The notes under the pieces were generated by a model, which saw only the letters and a program-made list of their open reading frames with translations, had not been told where the DNA came from and did no database searches. 64,000 bases of DNA. Source: Auanema rhodensis (lineage: Eukaryota > Animalia > Nematoda). This document shows, piece after piece, positions 1 through 14,054 of the stretch. The translations under genes were made by a program, and so were the position numbers. The stretch covers positions 19,592,001 through 19,656,000 of the forward strand of contig OZ059899.1 in the NCBI GenBank assembly GCA_964057225.1, in the 5' to 3' direction. Each line of letters opens with the position of its first letter. The first letter of the stretch is position 1.

Positions 1-719
1 GATGCGGTTTCCAAAATTAGATTCCCCATGTCCATATTAGTCTAAAAACAAATTTTTATCGATATTGGTGCATGGTAACCATGACTTTGAAATTTACGTG
101 AACTTTATTTTATGCTACATAAATGTACACGTGGTGTGCACTCGGTATGTATCTCGCTTCACGTGAAAGATAAAGAGATGCGGTTTCCAAAATTAGATTC
201 CCCATGTCCATATTAGTCTAAAAACAGTTTTTTACTGATATTGGTGCATGGTAACCATGATTTTGAAATTTACGTGAACTTTAATTTATGCTAATTAAAT
301 TTACACATGGTGTGCACTCGGTATGTAACTCGCTTCACGTGAAAGATAAAGAGATGCGGTTTTCGAAATTAGATTCCCCATGTCCATATTAGTCTAAAAA
401 CAAATTTTTATTGATATTGGTGCATGGTAACCATGACTTTGAAATTTACGTGAACTTTAATTTATGCTACATAAATGTACACGTGATGTGCACTTGGTAT
501 GTAACTTGCTTCACGTGAAAGATAAAGAGATGCAGTTCTCAAAATTAGATTCTCCATGTCCATATTAGTCTAAAAACAAATTTTTATTGATATTGGTGCA
601 TGGTAACCATGACTTTGAAATTTACGTGAACTTTAATTTATGCTAATTAAATGTACACGTGATGTGCACTTGGTATGTAACTTGCTTCACGTGAAAGATA
701 AAGAGATGCGGTTTTCAAA

Positions 720-3700
720 ATTAGATTCCCCATGTCCATATTAGTCTTAAAACAAATTTTTATTGATATTGGTGCATGGTAACCATGACTTTGAAATTTA
801 CGTGAACTTTAATTTATGCTAATTAAATGTACACGTGGTGTGCACCCGGTATGTAACTCGCTTCACGTGAAAGATAAAGAGATGAGGTTTTCCCAATTAT
901 ATTCCCCATGTCCATATTAGTCTAAAAACAAATTTTTATCGATATTGGTGCATGGTAACCATGACTTTGAAATTTACGTGAACTTTATTTTATGCTACAT
1001 AAATGTACACGTGGTGTGCACTCGGTATGTATCTCGCTTCACGTGAAAGATAAAGAGATGCGGTTTCCAAAATTAGATTCCCCATGTCCATATTAGTCTA
1101 AAAACAGTTTTTTACTGATATTGGTGCATGGTAACCATGATTTTGAAATTTACGTGAACTTTAATTTATGCTAATTAAATGTACACATGGTGTGCACTCG
1201 GTATGTAACTCGCTTCACGTGAAAGATAAAGAGATGCGGTTTTCAAAATTAGATTCCCCATGTCCATATTAGTCTAAAAACAAATTTTTATTGATATTGG
1301 TGCATGGTAACCATGACTTTGAAATTTACGTGAACTTTAATTTATGCTAATTAAATGTACACGTGATGTGCACTTGGTAAGTAACTCGCTTCACGTGAAA
1401 GATAAAGAGATGCAGTTCTCAAAATTAGATTCCCCATGTCCATATTAGTCTAAAAACAAATTTTTATTGATATTGGTGCATGGTAACCATGACTTTGAAA
1501 TTTACGTGAACTTTAATTTATGCTAATTAAATGTACACGTGATGTGCACTTGGTATGTAACTTGCTTCACGTGAAAGATAAAGAGATGCGGTTTTCAAAA
1601 TTAGATTCCCCATGTCCATATTAGTCTTAAAACAAATTTTTATTGATATTGGTGCATGGTAACCATGACTTTGAAATTTACGTGAACTTTAATTTATGCT
1701 AATTAAATGTACACGTGATGTGCACTTGGTATGTAACTTGCTTCACGTGAAAGATAAAGAGATGCGGTTCTCAAAATTAGATTCCCCATGTCCATATTAG
1801 TATTAAAACAAATTTTTATTGATATTGGTGCATGGTAACCATGACTTTGAAATTTACGTGAACTTTAATTTATGCTAATTAAATGTACACGTGGTGTGCA
1901 CTCGCTATGTAACTCGCTTCACGTGAAAGATAAAGAGATGCGGTTTTTAAAATTAGATTCCCCATGTCCATATTAGTCTAAAAACAAATTTTTATCGATA
2001 TTGGTGCATGGTAACCATGACTTTGAAATTTACGTGAACTTTATTTTATGCTACATTAATGTACACGTGGTGTGCACTCGGTATGTAACTCGCTTCACGT
2101 GAGAGATAAAGAGATGCGGTTTTTAAAATTAGATTCCCCATGTCCATATTAGTCTGAAAACATATTTTTATTGATATTGGTGCATGGTAACCATGACTTT
2201 GAAATTTACGTGAACTTTAATTTATGCTAATTAAATGTACACGTGATGTGCACTTGGTATGTAACTTGCTTCACGTGAAAGATAAAGAGATGCGGTTCTC
2301 AAAATTAGATTCCCCATGTCCATATTAGTCTTAAAACAAATTTTTATTGATATTGGTGCATGGTAACCATGACTTTGAAATTTACGTGAACTTTAATTTA
2401 TGCTAATTAAATGTACACGTGGTGTGCACTCGGTATGTAACTCGCTTCACGTGAAAGATAAAGAGATGCGGTTTTTAAAATTAGATTCCCCATGTCCATA
2501 TTAGTCTAAAAACAAATTTTTATCGATATTGGTGCATGGTAACCATGACTTTGAAATTTACGTGAACTTTATTTTATGCTACATAAATGTACACGTGGTG
2601 TGCACTCGGTATGTAACTCGCTTCACGTGAGAGATAAAGAGATGCGGTTTTTAAAATTAGATTCCCCATGTCCATATTAGTCTGAAAACATATTTTTATT
2701 GATATTGGTGCATGGTAACCATGACTTTGAAATTTACGTGAACTTTAATTTATGCTAATTAAATGTACACGTGATGTGCACTTGGTATGTAACTTGCTTC
2801 ACGTGAAAGATAAAGAGATGCGGTTCTCACAATTAGATTCCCCATGTCCATATTAGTCTTAAAACAAATTTTTATTGATATTGGTGCATGGTAACCATGA
2901 CTTTGAAATTTACGTGAACTTTAATTTATGCTAATTAAATGTACACGTGATGTGCACTTGGTATGTAACTTGCTTCACGTGAAAGATAAAGAGATGCGGT
3001 TTTCAAAATTAGATTCCCCATGTCCATATTAGTCTTAAAACAAATTTTTATTGTTATTGGTGCATGGTAACCATGACTTTGAAATTTACGTGAACTTTAA
3101 TTTATGCTAATTAAATGTACACGTGATGTGCACTTGGTATGTAACTTGCTTCACGTGAAAGATAAAGAGATGCGGTTTTCAAAATTAGATTCCCCATGTC
3201 CATATTAGTCTTAAAACAAATTTTTATTGATATTGGTGCATGGTAACCATGACTTTGAAATTTACGTGAACTTTATTTTATGCTACATTAATGTACACGT
3301 GGTGTGCACTCGGTATGTAACTCGCTTCACGTGAGAGATAAAGAGATGCGGTTTTTAAAATTAGATTCCCCATGTCCATATTAGTCTGAAAACATATTTT
3401 TATTGATATTGGTGCATGGTAACCATGACTTTGAAATTTACGTGAACTTTAATTTATGCTAATTAAATGTACACGTGATGTGCACTTGGTATGTAACTTG
3501 CTTCACGTGAAAGATAAAGAGATGCGGTTCTCAAAATTAGATTCCCCATGTCCATATTAGTCTTAAAACAAATTTTTATTGATATTGGTGCATGGTAACC
3601 ATGACTTTGAAATTTACGTGAACTTTAATTTATGCTAATTAAATGTACACGTGATGTGCACTTGGTATGTAACTTGCTTCACGTGAAAGATAAAGAGATG

Positions 3701-6615
3701 CAGTTCTCAAAATTAGATTCCCCATGTCCATATTAGTCTAAAAACAAATTTTTATTGATATTGGTGCATGGTAACCATGACTTTGAAATTTACTTGAACT
3801 TTAATTTATGCTAATTAAATGTACACGTGATGTGCACTTGGTATGTAACTTGCTTCACGTGAAAGATAAAGAGATGCGGTTTTCAAAATTAGATTCCCCA
3901 TGTCCATATTAGTCTTAAAACAAATTTTTATTGATATTGGTGCATGGTAACCATGACTTTGAAATTTACGTGAACTTTAATTTATGCTAATTAAATGTAC
4001 ACGTGATGTGCACTTGGTATGTAACTTGCTTCACGTGAAAGATAAAGAGATGCGGTTTTTAAAATTAGATTCCCCATGTCCATATTAGTCTTAAAACAAA
4101 TTTTTATTGATATTGGTGCATGGTAACCATGACTTTGAAATTTACGTGAACTTTAATTTATGCTAATTAAATGTACACGTGGTGTGCACCCGGTATGTAA
4201 CTCGCTTCACGTGAAAGATAAAGAGATGAGGTTTTCCCAATTAGATTCCCCATGTCCATATTAGTCTAAAAACAAATTTTTATCGATATTGGTGCATGGT
4301 AACCATGACTTTGAAATTTACGTGAACTTTATTTTATGCTACATAAATGTACACGTGGTGTGCACTCGGTATGTATCTCGCTTCACGTGAAAGATAAAGA
4401 GATGCGGTTTCCAAAATTAGATTCCCCATGTCCATATTAGTCTAAAAACAGTTTTTTACTGATATTGGTGCATGGTAACCATGATTTTGAAATTTACGTG
4501 AACTTTAATTTATGCTAATTAAATGTACACATGGTGTGCACTCGGTATGTAACTCGCTTCACGTGAAAGATAAAGAGATGCGGTTTTCAAAATTAGATTC
4601 CCCATGTCCATATTAGTCTAAAAACAAATTTTTATTGATATTGGTGCATGGTAACCATGACTTTGAAATTTACGTGAACTTTAATTTATGCTAATTAAAT
4701 GTACACGTGATGTGCACTTGGTATGTAACTCGCTTCACGTGAAAGATAAAGAGATGCAGTTCTCAAAATTAGATTCCCCATGTCCATATTAGTCTAAAAA
4801 CAAATTTTTATTGATATTGGTGCATGGTAACCATGACTTTGAAATTTACGTGAACTTTAATTTATGCTAATTAAATGTACACGTGATGTGCACTTGGTAT
4901 GTAACTTGCTTCACGTGAAAGATAAAGAGATGCGGTTTTCAAAATTAGATTCCCCATGTCCATATTAGTCTTAAAACAAATTTTTATTGATATTGGTGCA
5001 TGGTAACCATGACTTTGAAATTTACGTGAACTTTAATTTATGCTAATTAAATGTACACGTGATGTGCACTTGGTATGTAACTTGCTTCACGTGAAAGATA
5101 AAGAGATGCGGTTCTCAAAATTAGATTCCCCATGTCCATATTAGTCTTAAAACAAATTTTTATTGATATTGGTGCATGGTAACCATGACTTTGAAATTTA
5201 CGTGAACTTTAATTTATGCTAATTAAATGTACACGTGGTGTGCACTCGGTATGTAACTCGCTTCACGTGAAAGATAAAGAGATGCGGTTTTTAAAATTAG
5301 ATTCCCCATGTCCATATTAGTCTAAAAACAAATTTTTATCGATATTGGTGCATGGTAACCATGACTTTGAAATTTACGTGAACTTTATTTTATGCTACAT
5401 TAATGTACACGTGGTGTGCACTCGGTATGTAACTCGCTTCACGTGAGAGATAAAGAGATGCGGTTTTTAAAATTAGATTCCCCATGTCCATATTAGTCTG
5501 AAAACATATTTTTATTGATATTGGTGCATGGTAACCATGACTTTGAAATTTACGTGAACTTTAATTTATGCTAATTAAATGTACACGTGATGTGCACTTG
5601 GTATGTAACTTGCTTCACGTGAAAGATAAAGAGATGCGGTTCTCAAAATTAGATTCCCCATGTCCATATTAGTCTTAAAACAAATTTTTATTGATATTGG
5701 TGCATGGTAACCATGACTTTGAAATTTACGTGAACTTTAATTTATGCTAATTAAATGTACACGTGGTGTGCACTCGGTATGTAACTCGCTTCACGTGAAA
5801 GATAAAGAGATGCGGTTTTTAAAATTAGATTCCCCATGTCCATATTAGTCTAAAAACAAATTTTTATCGATATTGGTGCATGGTAACCATGACTTTGAAA
5901 TTTACGTGAACTTTATTTTATGCTACATAAATGTACACGTGGTGTGCACTCGGTATGTAACTCGCTTCACGTGAGAGATAAAGAGATGCGGTTTTTAAAA
6001 TTAGATTCCCCATGTCCATATTAGTCTGAAAACATATTTTTATTGATATTGGTGCATGGTAACCATGACTTTGAAATTTACGTGAACTTTAATTTATGCT
6101 AATTAAATGTACACGTGATGTGCACTTGGTATGTAACTTGCTTCACGTGAAAGATAAAGAGATGCGGTTCTCAAAATTAGATTCCCCATGTCCATATTAG
6201 TCTTAAAACAAATTTTTATTGATATTGGTGCATGGTAACCATGACTTTGAAATTTACGTGAACTTTAATTTATGCTAATTAAATGTACACGTGATGTGCA
6301 CTTGGTATGTAACTTGCTTCACGTGAAAGATAAAGAGATGCGGTTTTCAAAATTAGATTCCCCATGTCCATATTAGTCTTAAAACAAATTTTTATTGTTA
6401 TTGGTGCATGGTAACCATGACTTTGAAATTTACGTGAACTTTAATTTATGCTAATTAAATGTACACGTGATGTGCACTTGGTATGTAACTTGCTTCACGT
6501 GAAAGATAAAGAGATGCGGTTTTCAAAATTAGATTCCCCATGTCCATATTAGTCTTAAAACAAATTTTTATTGATATTGGTGCATGGTAACCATGACTTT
6601 GAAATTTACGTGAAC
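720..6615 (+). repeat. SatA block duplication at a 19-monomer offset (3344 bp); part recurs again at +6512 bp (37 monomers)
   Basis: Private variants pair up: gcacccggt 841/4185, aaacagttttttact 1107/4451, attgttattgg 3051/6395/12907, and agattcttca 7411/13923. Confidence 0.85.
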
Positions 6616-7399
6616 TTTAATTTATGCTAATTAAATGTACACGTGATGTGCACTTGGTATGTAACTTGCTTCACGTGAAAGATAAAGAGATGCGGTTCTC
6701 AAAATTAGATTCCCCATGTCCATATTAGTCTTAAAACAAATTTTTATTGATATTGGTGCATGGTAACCATGACTTTGAAATTTACGTGAACTTTAATTTA
6801 TGCTAATTAAATGTACACGTGGTGTGCACTCGGTATGTAACTCGCTTCACGTGAAAGATAAAGAGATGCGGTTTTTAAAATTAGATTCCCCATGTCCATA
6901 TTAGTCTAAAAACAAATTTTTATCGATATTGGTGCATGGTAACCATGACTTTGAAATTTACGTGAACTTTACTTTATGCTACATAAATGTACACGTGGTG
7001 TGCACTCGGTATGTAACTCGCTTCACGTGAGAGATAAAGAGATGCGGTTTTTAAAATTAGATTCCCCATGTCCATATTAGTCTGAAAACATATTTTTATT
7101 GATATTGGTGCATGGTAACCATGACTTTGAAATTTACGTGAACTTTAATTTATGCTAATTAAATGTACACGTGATGTGCACTTGGTATGTAACTTGCTTC
7201 ACGTGAAAGATAAAGAGATGCGGTTCTCAAAATTAGATTCCCCATGTCCATATTAGTCTTAAAACAAATTTTTATTGATATTGGTGCATGGTAACCATGA
7301 CTTTGAAATTTACGTGAACTTTAATTTATGCTAATTAAATGTACACGTGATGTGCACTTGGTATGTAACTTGCTTCACGTGAAAGATAAAGAGATGCAG

Positions 7400-10300
7400 T
7401 TCTCAAAATTAGATTCTTCATGTCCATATTAGTCTTAAAACAAATTTTCATTGATATTGGTGCATGGTAACCATGACTTTGAAATTTACGTGAACTTTAC
7501 TTTATGCTACATAAATGTACACGTGGTGTGCACTCGGTATGTAACTCGCTTCACGTGAGAGATAAAGAGATGCGGTTTTTAAAATTAGATTCCCCATGTC
7601 CATATTAGTCTGAAAACATATTTTTATTGATATTGGTGCATGGTAACCATGACTTTGAAATTTACGTGAACTTTAATTTATGCTAATTAAATGTACACGT
7701 GATGTGCACTTGGTATGTAACTTGCTTCACGTGAAAGATAAAGAGATGCGGTTCTCAAAATTAGATTCCCCATGTCCATATTAGTCTAAAAACAAATTTT
7801 TATTGATATTGGTGCATGGTAACCATGACTTTGAAATTTACGTGAACTTTAATTTATGCTAATTAAATGTACACGTGATGTGCACTTGGTATGTAACTTG
7901 CTTCACGTGAAAGATAAAGAGATGCGGTTTTCAAAATTAGATTCCCCATGTCCATATTAGTCTTAAAACAAATTTTTATTGATATTGGTGCATGGTAACC
8001 ATGACTTTGAAATTTACGTGAACTTTAATTTATGCTAATTAAATGTACACGTGATGTGCACTTGGTATGTAACTTGCTTCACGTGAAAGATAAAGAGATG
8101 CAGTTCTCAAAATTAGATTCTTCATGTCCATATTAGTCTTAAAACAAATTTTCATTGATATTGGTGCATGGTAACCATGACTTTGAAATTTACGTGAACT
8201 TTACTTTATGCTACATAAATGTACACGTGGTGTGCACTCGGTATGTAACTCGCTTCACGTGAGAGATAAAGAGATGCGGTTTTTAAAATTAGATTCCCCA
8301 TGTCCATATTAGTCTGAAAACATATTTTTATTGATATTGGTGCATGGTAACCATGACTTTGAAATTTACGTGAACTTTAATTTATGCTAATTAAATGTAC
8401 ACGTGATGTGCACTTGGTATGTAACTTGCTTCACGTGAAAGATAAAGAGATGCGGTTCTCAAAATTAGATTCCCCATGTCCATATTAGTCTAAAAACAAA
8501 TTTTTATTGATATTGGTGCATGGTAACCATGACTTTGAAATTTACGTGAACTTTAATTTATGCTAATTAAATGTACACGTGATGTGCACTTGGTATGTAA
8601 CTTGCTTCACGTGAAAGATAAAGAGATGCGGTTTTCAAAATTAGATTCCCCATGTCCATATTAGTCTTAAAACAAATTTTTATTGATATTGGTGCATGGT
8701 AACCATGACTTTGAAATTTACGTGAACTTTAATTTATGCTAATTAAATGTACACGTGATGTGCACTTGGTATGTAACTTGCTTCACGTGAAAGATAAAGA
8801 GATGCAGTTCTCAAAATTAGATTCTTCATGTCCATATTAGTCTTAAAACAAATTTTCATTGATATTGGTGCATGGTAACCATGACTTTGAAATTTACGTG
8901 AACTTTAATTTATGCTAATTAAATGTACACGTGGTGTGCACTCGGTATGTAACTCGCTTCACGTGAAAGATAAAGAGATGCGGTTTTTAAAATTAGATTC
9001 CCCATGTCCATATTAGTCTAAAAACAAATTTTTATCGATATTGGTGCATGGTAACCATGACTTTGAAATTTACGTGAACTTTACTTTATGCTACATAAAT
9101 GTACACGTGGTGTGCACTCGGTATGTAACTCGCTTCACGTGAGAGATAAAGAGATGCGGTTTTTAAAATTAGATTCCCCATGTCCATATTAGTCTGAAAA
9201 CATATTTTTATTGATATTGGTGCATGGTAACCATGACTTTGAAATTTACGTGAACTTTAATTTATGCTAATTAAATGTACACGTGATGTGCACTTGGTAT
9301 GTAACTTGCTTCACGTGAAAGATAAAGAGATGCGGTTCTCAAAATTAGATTCCCCATGTCCATATTAGTCTTAAAACAAATTTTTATTGATATTGGTGCA
9401 TGGTAACCATGACTTTGAAATTTACGTGAACTTTAATTTATGCTAATTAAATGTACACGTGATGTGCACTTGGTATGTAACTTGCTTCACGTGAAAGATA
9501 AAGAGATGCAGTTCTCAAAATTAGATTCTTCATGTCCATATTAGTCTTAAAACAAATTTTCATTGATATTGGTGCATGGTAACCATGACTTTGAAATTTA
9601 CGTGAACTTTACTTTATGCTACATAAATGTACACGTGGTGTGCACTCGGTATGTAACTCGCTTCACGTGAGAGATAAAGAGATGCGGTTTTTAAAATTAG
9701 ATTCCCCATGTCCATATTAGTCTGAAAACATATTTTTATTGATATTGGTGCATGGTAACCATGACTTTGAAATTTACGTGAACTTTCATTTATGCTAATT
9801 AAATGTACACGTGATGTGCACTTGGTATGTAACTTGCTTCACGTGAAAGATAAAGAGATGCGGTTCTCAAAATTAGATTCCCCATGTCCATATTAGTCTT
9901 AAAACAAATTTTTATTGATATTGGTGCATGGTAACCATGACTTTGAAATTTACGTGAACTTTAATTTATGCTAATTAAATGTACACGTGATGTGCACTTG
10001 GTATGTAACTTGCTTCACGTGAAAGATAAAGAGATGCAGTTCTCAAAATTAGATTCTTCATGTCCATATTAGTCTGAAAACATATTTTTATTGATATTGG
10101 TGCATGGTAACCATGACTTTGAAATTTACGTGAACTTTAATTTATGCTAATTAAATGTACACGTGATGTGCACTTGGTATGTAACTTGCTTCACGTGAAA
10201 GATAAAGAGATGCAGTTCTCAAAATTAGATTCTTCATGTCCATATTAGTCTTAAAACAAATTTTCATTGATATTGGTGCATGGTAACCATGACTTTGAAA

Positions 10301-11000
10301 TTTACGTGAACTTTACTTTATGCTACATAAATGTACACGTGGTGTGCACTCGGTATGTAACTCGCTTCACGTGAGAGATAAAGAGATGCGGTTTTTAAAA
10401 TTAGATTCCCCATGTCCATATTAGTCTGAAAACATATTTTTATTGATATTGGTGCATGGTAACCATGACTTTGAAATTTACGTGAACTTTAATTTATGCT
10501 AATTAAATGTACACGTGATGTGCACTTGGTATGTAACTTGCTTCACGTGAAAGATAAAGAGATGCGGTTCTCAAAATTAGATTCCCCATGTCCATATTAG
10601 TCTAAAAACAAATTTTTATTGATATTGGTGCATGGTAACCATGACTTTGAAATTTACGTGAACTTTAATTTATGCTAATTAAATGTACACGTGATGTGCA
10701 CTTGGTATGTAACTTGCTTCACGTGAAAGATAAAGAGATGCGGTTTTCAAAATTAGATTCCCCATGTCCATATTAGTCTTAAAACAAATTTTTATTGATA
10801 TTGGTGCATGGTAACCATGACTTTGAAATTTACGTGAACTTTAATTTATGCTAATTAAATGTACACGTGATGTGCACTTGGTATGTAACTTGCTTCACGT
10901 GAAAGATAAAGAGATGCAGTTCTCAAAATTAGATTCTTCATGTCCATATTAGTCTTAAAACAAATTTTCATTGATATTGGTGCATGGTAACCATGACTTT
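7400..11000 (+). repeat. SatA local 4-mer (704-bp) higher-order repeat
   Basis: The gatgcagttctcaaaattagattcttcatg variant occurs at ~7411, 8115, 8819, 9523, 10227 and 10931 (704-bp steps), with an extra copy at 10051. Confidence 0.85.
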
Positions 11001-14000
11001 GAAATTTACGTGAACTTTACTTTATGCTACATAAATGTACACGTGGTGTGCACTCGGTATGTAACTCGCTTCACGTGAGAGATAAAGAGATGCGGTTTTT
11101 AAAATTAGATTCCCCATGTCCATATTAGTCTGAAAACATATTTTTATTGATATTGGTGCATGGTAACCATGACTTTGAAATTTACGTGAACTTTAATTTA
11201 TGCTAATTAAATGTACACGTGATGTGCACTTGGTATGTAACTTGCTTCACGTGAAAGATAAAGAGATGCGGTTCTCAAAATTAGATTCCCCATGTCCATA
11301 TTAGTCTAAAAACAAATTTTTATTGATATTGGTGCATGGTAACCATGACTTTGAAATTTACGTGAACTTTAATTTATGCTAATTAAATGTACACGTGATG
11401 TGCACTTGGTATGTAACTTGCTTCACGTGAAAGATAAAGAGATGCGGTTCTCAAAATTAGATTCCCCATGTCCATATTAGTCTTAAAACAAATTTTTATT
11501 GATATTGGTGCATGGTAACCATGACTTTGAAATTTACGTGAACTTTAATTTATGCTAATTAAATGTACACGTGATGTGCACTTGGTATGTAACTTGCTTC
11601 ACGTGAAAGATAAAGAGATGCGGTTCTCAAAATTAGATTCCCCATGTCCATATTAGTCTTAAAACAAATTTTTATTGATATTGGTGCATGGTAACCATGA
11701 CTTTGAAATTTACGTGAACTTTAATTTATGCTAATTAAATGTACACGTGGTGTGCACTCGGTATGTAACTCGCTTCACGTGAAAGATAAAGAGATGCGGT
11801 TTTTAAAATTAGATTCCCCATGTCCATATTAGTCTAAAAACAAATTTTTATCGATATTGGTGCATGGTAACCATGACTTTGAAATTTACGTGAACTTTAT
11901 TTTATGCTACATTAATGTACACGTGGTGTGCACTCGGTATGTAACTCGCTTCACGTGAGAGATAAAGAGATGCGGTTTTTAAAATTAGATTCCCCATGTC
12001 CATATTAGTCTGAAAACATATTTTTATTGATATTGGTGCATGGTAACCATGACTTTGAAATTTACGTGAACTTTAATTTATGCTAATTAAATGTACACGT
12101 GATGTGCACTTGGTATGTAACTTGCTTCACGTGAAAGATAAAGAGATGCGGTTCTCAAAATTAGATTCCCCATGTCCATATTAGTCTTAAAACAAATTTT
12201 TATTGATATTGGTGCATGGTAACCATGACTTTGAAATTTACGTGAACTTTAATTTATGCTAATTAAATGTACACGTGGTGTGCACTCGGTATGTAACTCG
12301 CTTCACGTGAAAGATAAAGAGATGCGGTTTTTAAAATTAGATTCCCCATGTCCATATTAGTCTAAAAACAAATTTTTATCGATATTGGTGCATGGTAACC
12401 ATGACTTTGAAATTTACGTGAACTTTATTTTATGCTACATAAATGTACACGTGGTGTGCACTCGGTATGTAACTCGCTTCACGTGAGAGATAAAGAGATG
12501 CGGTTTTTAAAATTAGATTCCCCATGTCCATATTAGTCTGAAAACATATTTTTATTGATATTGGTGCATGGTAACCATGACTTTGAAATTTACGTGAACT
12601 TTAATTTATGCTAATTAAATGTACACGTGATGTGCACTTGGTATGTAACTTGCTTCACGTGAAAGATAAAGAGATGCGGTTCTCAAAATTAGATTCCCCA
12701 TGTCCATATTAGTCTTAAAACAAATTTTTATTGATATTGGTGCATGGTAACCATGACTTTGAAATTTACGTGAACTTTAATTTATGCTAATTAAATGTAC
12801 ACGTGATGTGCACTTGGTATGTAACTTGCTTCACGTGAAAGATAAAGAGATGCGGTTTTCAAAATTAGATTCCCCATGTCCATATTAGTCTTAAAACAAA
12901 TTTTTATTGTTATTGGTGCATGGTAACCATGACTTTGAAATTTACGTGAACTTTAATTTATGCTAATTAAATGTACACGTGATGTGCACTTGGTATGTAA
13001 CTTGCTTCACGTGAAAGATAAAGAGATGCGGTTTTCAAAATTAGATTCCCCATGTCCATATTAGTCTTAAAACAAATTTTTATTGATATTGGTGCATGGT
13101 AACCATGACTTTGAAATTTACGTGAACTTTAATTTATGCTAATTAAATGTACACGTGATGTGCACTTGGTATGTAACTTGCTTCACGTGAAAGATAAAGA
13201 GATGCGGTTCTCAAAATTAGATTCCCCATGTCCATATTAGTCTTAAAACAAATTTTTATTGATATTGGTGCATGGTAACCATGACTTTGAAATTTACGTG
13301 AACTTTAATTTATGCTAATTAAATGTACACGTGGTGTGCACTCGGTATGTAACTCGCTTCACGTGAAAGATAAAGAGATGCGGTTTTTAAAATTAGATTC
13401 CCCATGTCCATATTAGTCTAAAAACAAATTTTTATCGATATTGGTGCATGGTAACCATGACTTTGAAATTTACGTGAACTTTACTTTATGCTACATAAAT
13501 GTACACGTGGTGTGCACTCGGTATGTAACTCGCTTCACGTGAGAGATAAAGAGATGCGGTTTTTAAAATTAGATTCCCCATGTCCATATTAGTCTGAAAA
13601 CATATTTTTATTGATATTGGTGCATGGTAACCATGACTTTGAAATTTACGTGAACTTTAATTTATGCTAATTAAATGTACACGTGATGTGCACTTGGTAT
13701 GTAACTTGCTTCACGTGAAAGATAAAGAGATGCGGTTCTCAAAATTAGATTCCCCATGTCCATATTAGTCTTAAAACAAATTTTTATTGATATTGGTGCA
13801 TGGTAACCATGACTTTGAAATTTACGTGAACTTTAATTTATGCTAATTAAATGTACACGTGATGTGCACTTGGTATGTAACTTGCTTCACGTGAAAGATA
13901 AAGAGATGCAGTTCTCAAAATTAGATTCTTCATGTCCATATTAGTCTTAAAACAAATTTTCATTGATATTGGTGCATGGTAACCATGACTTTGAAATTTA

Positions 14001-14054
14001 CGTGAACTTTAATTTATGCTAATTAAATGTACACGTGATGTGCACTTGGTATGT

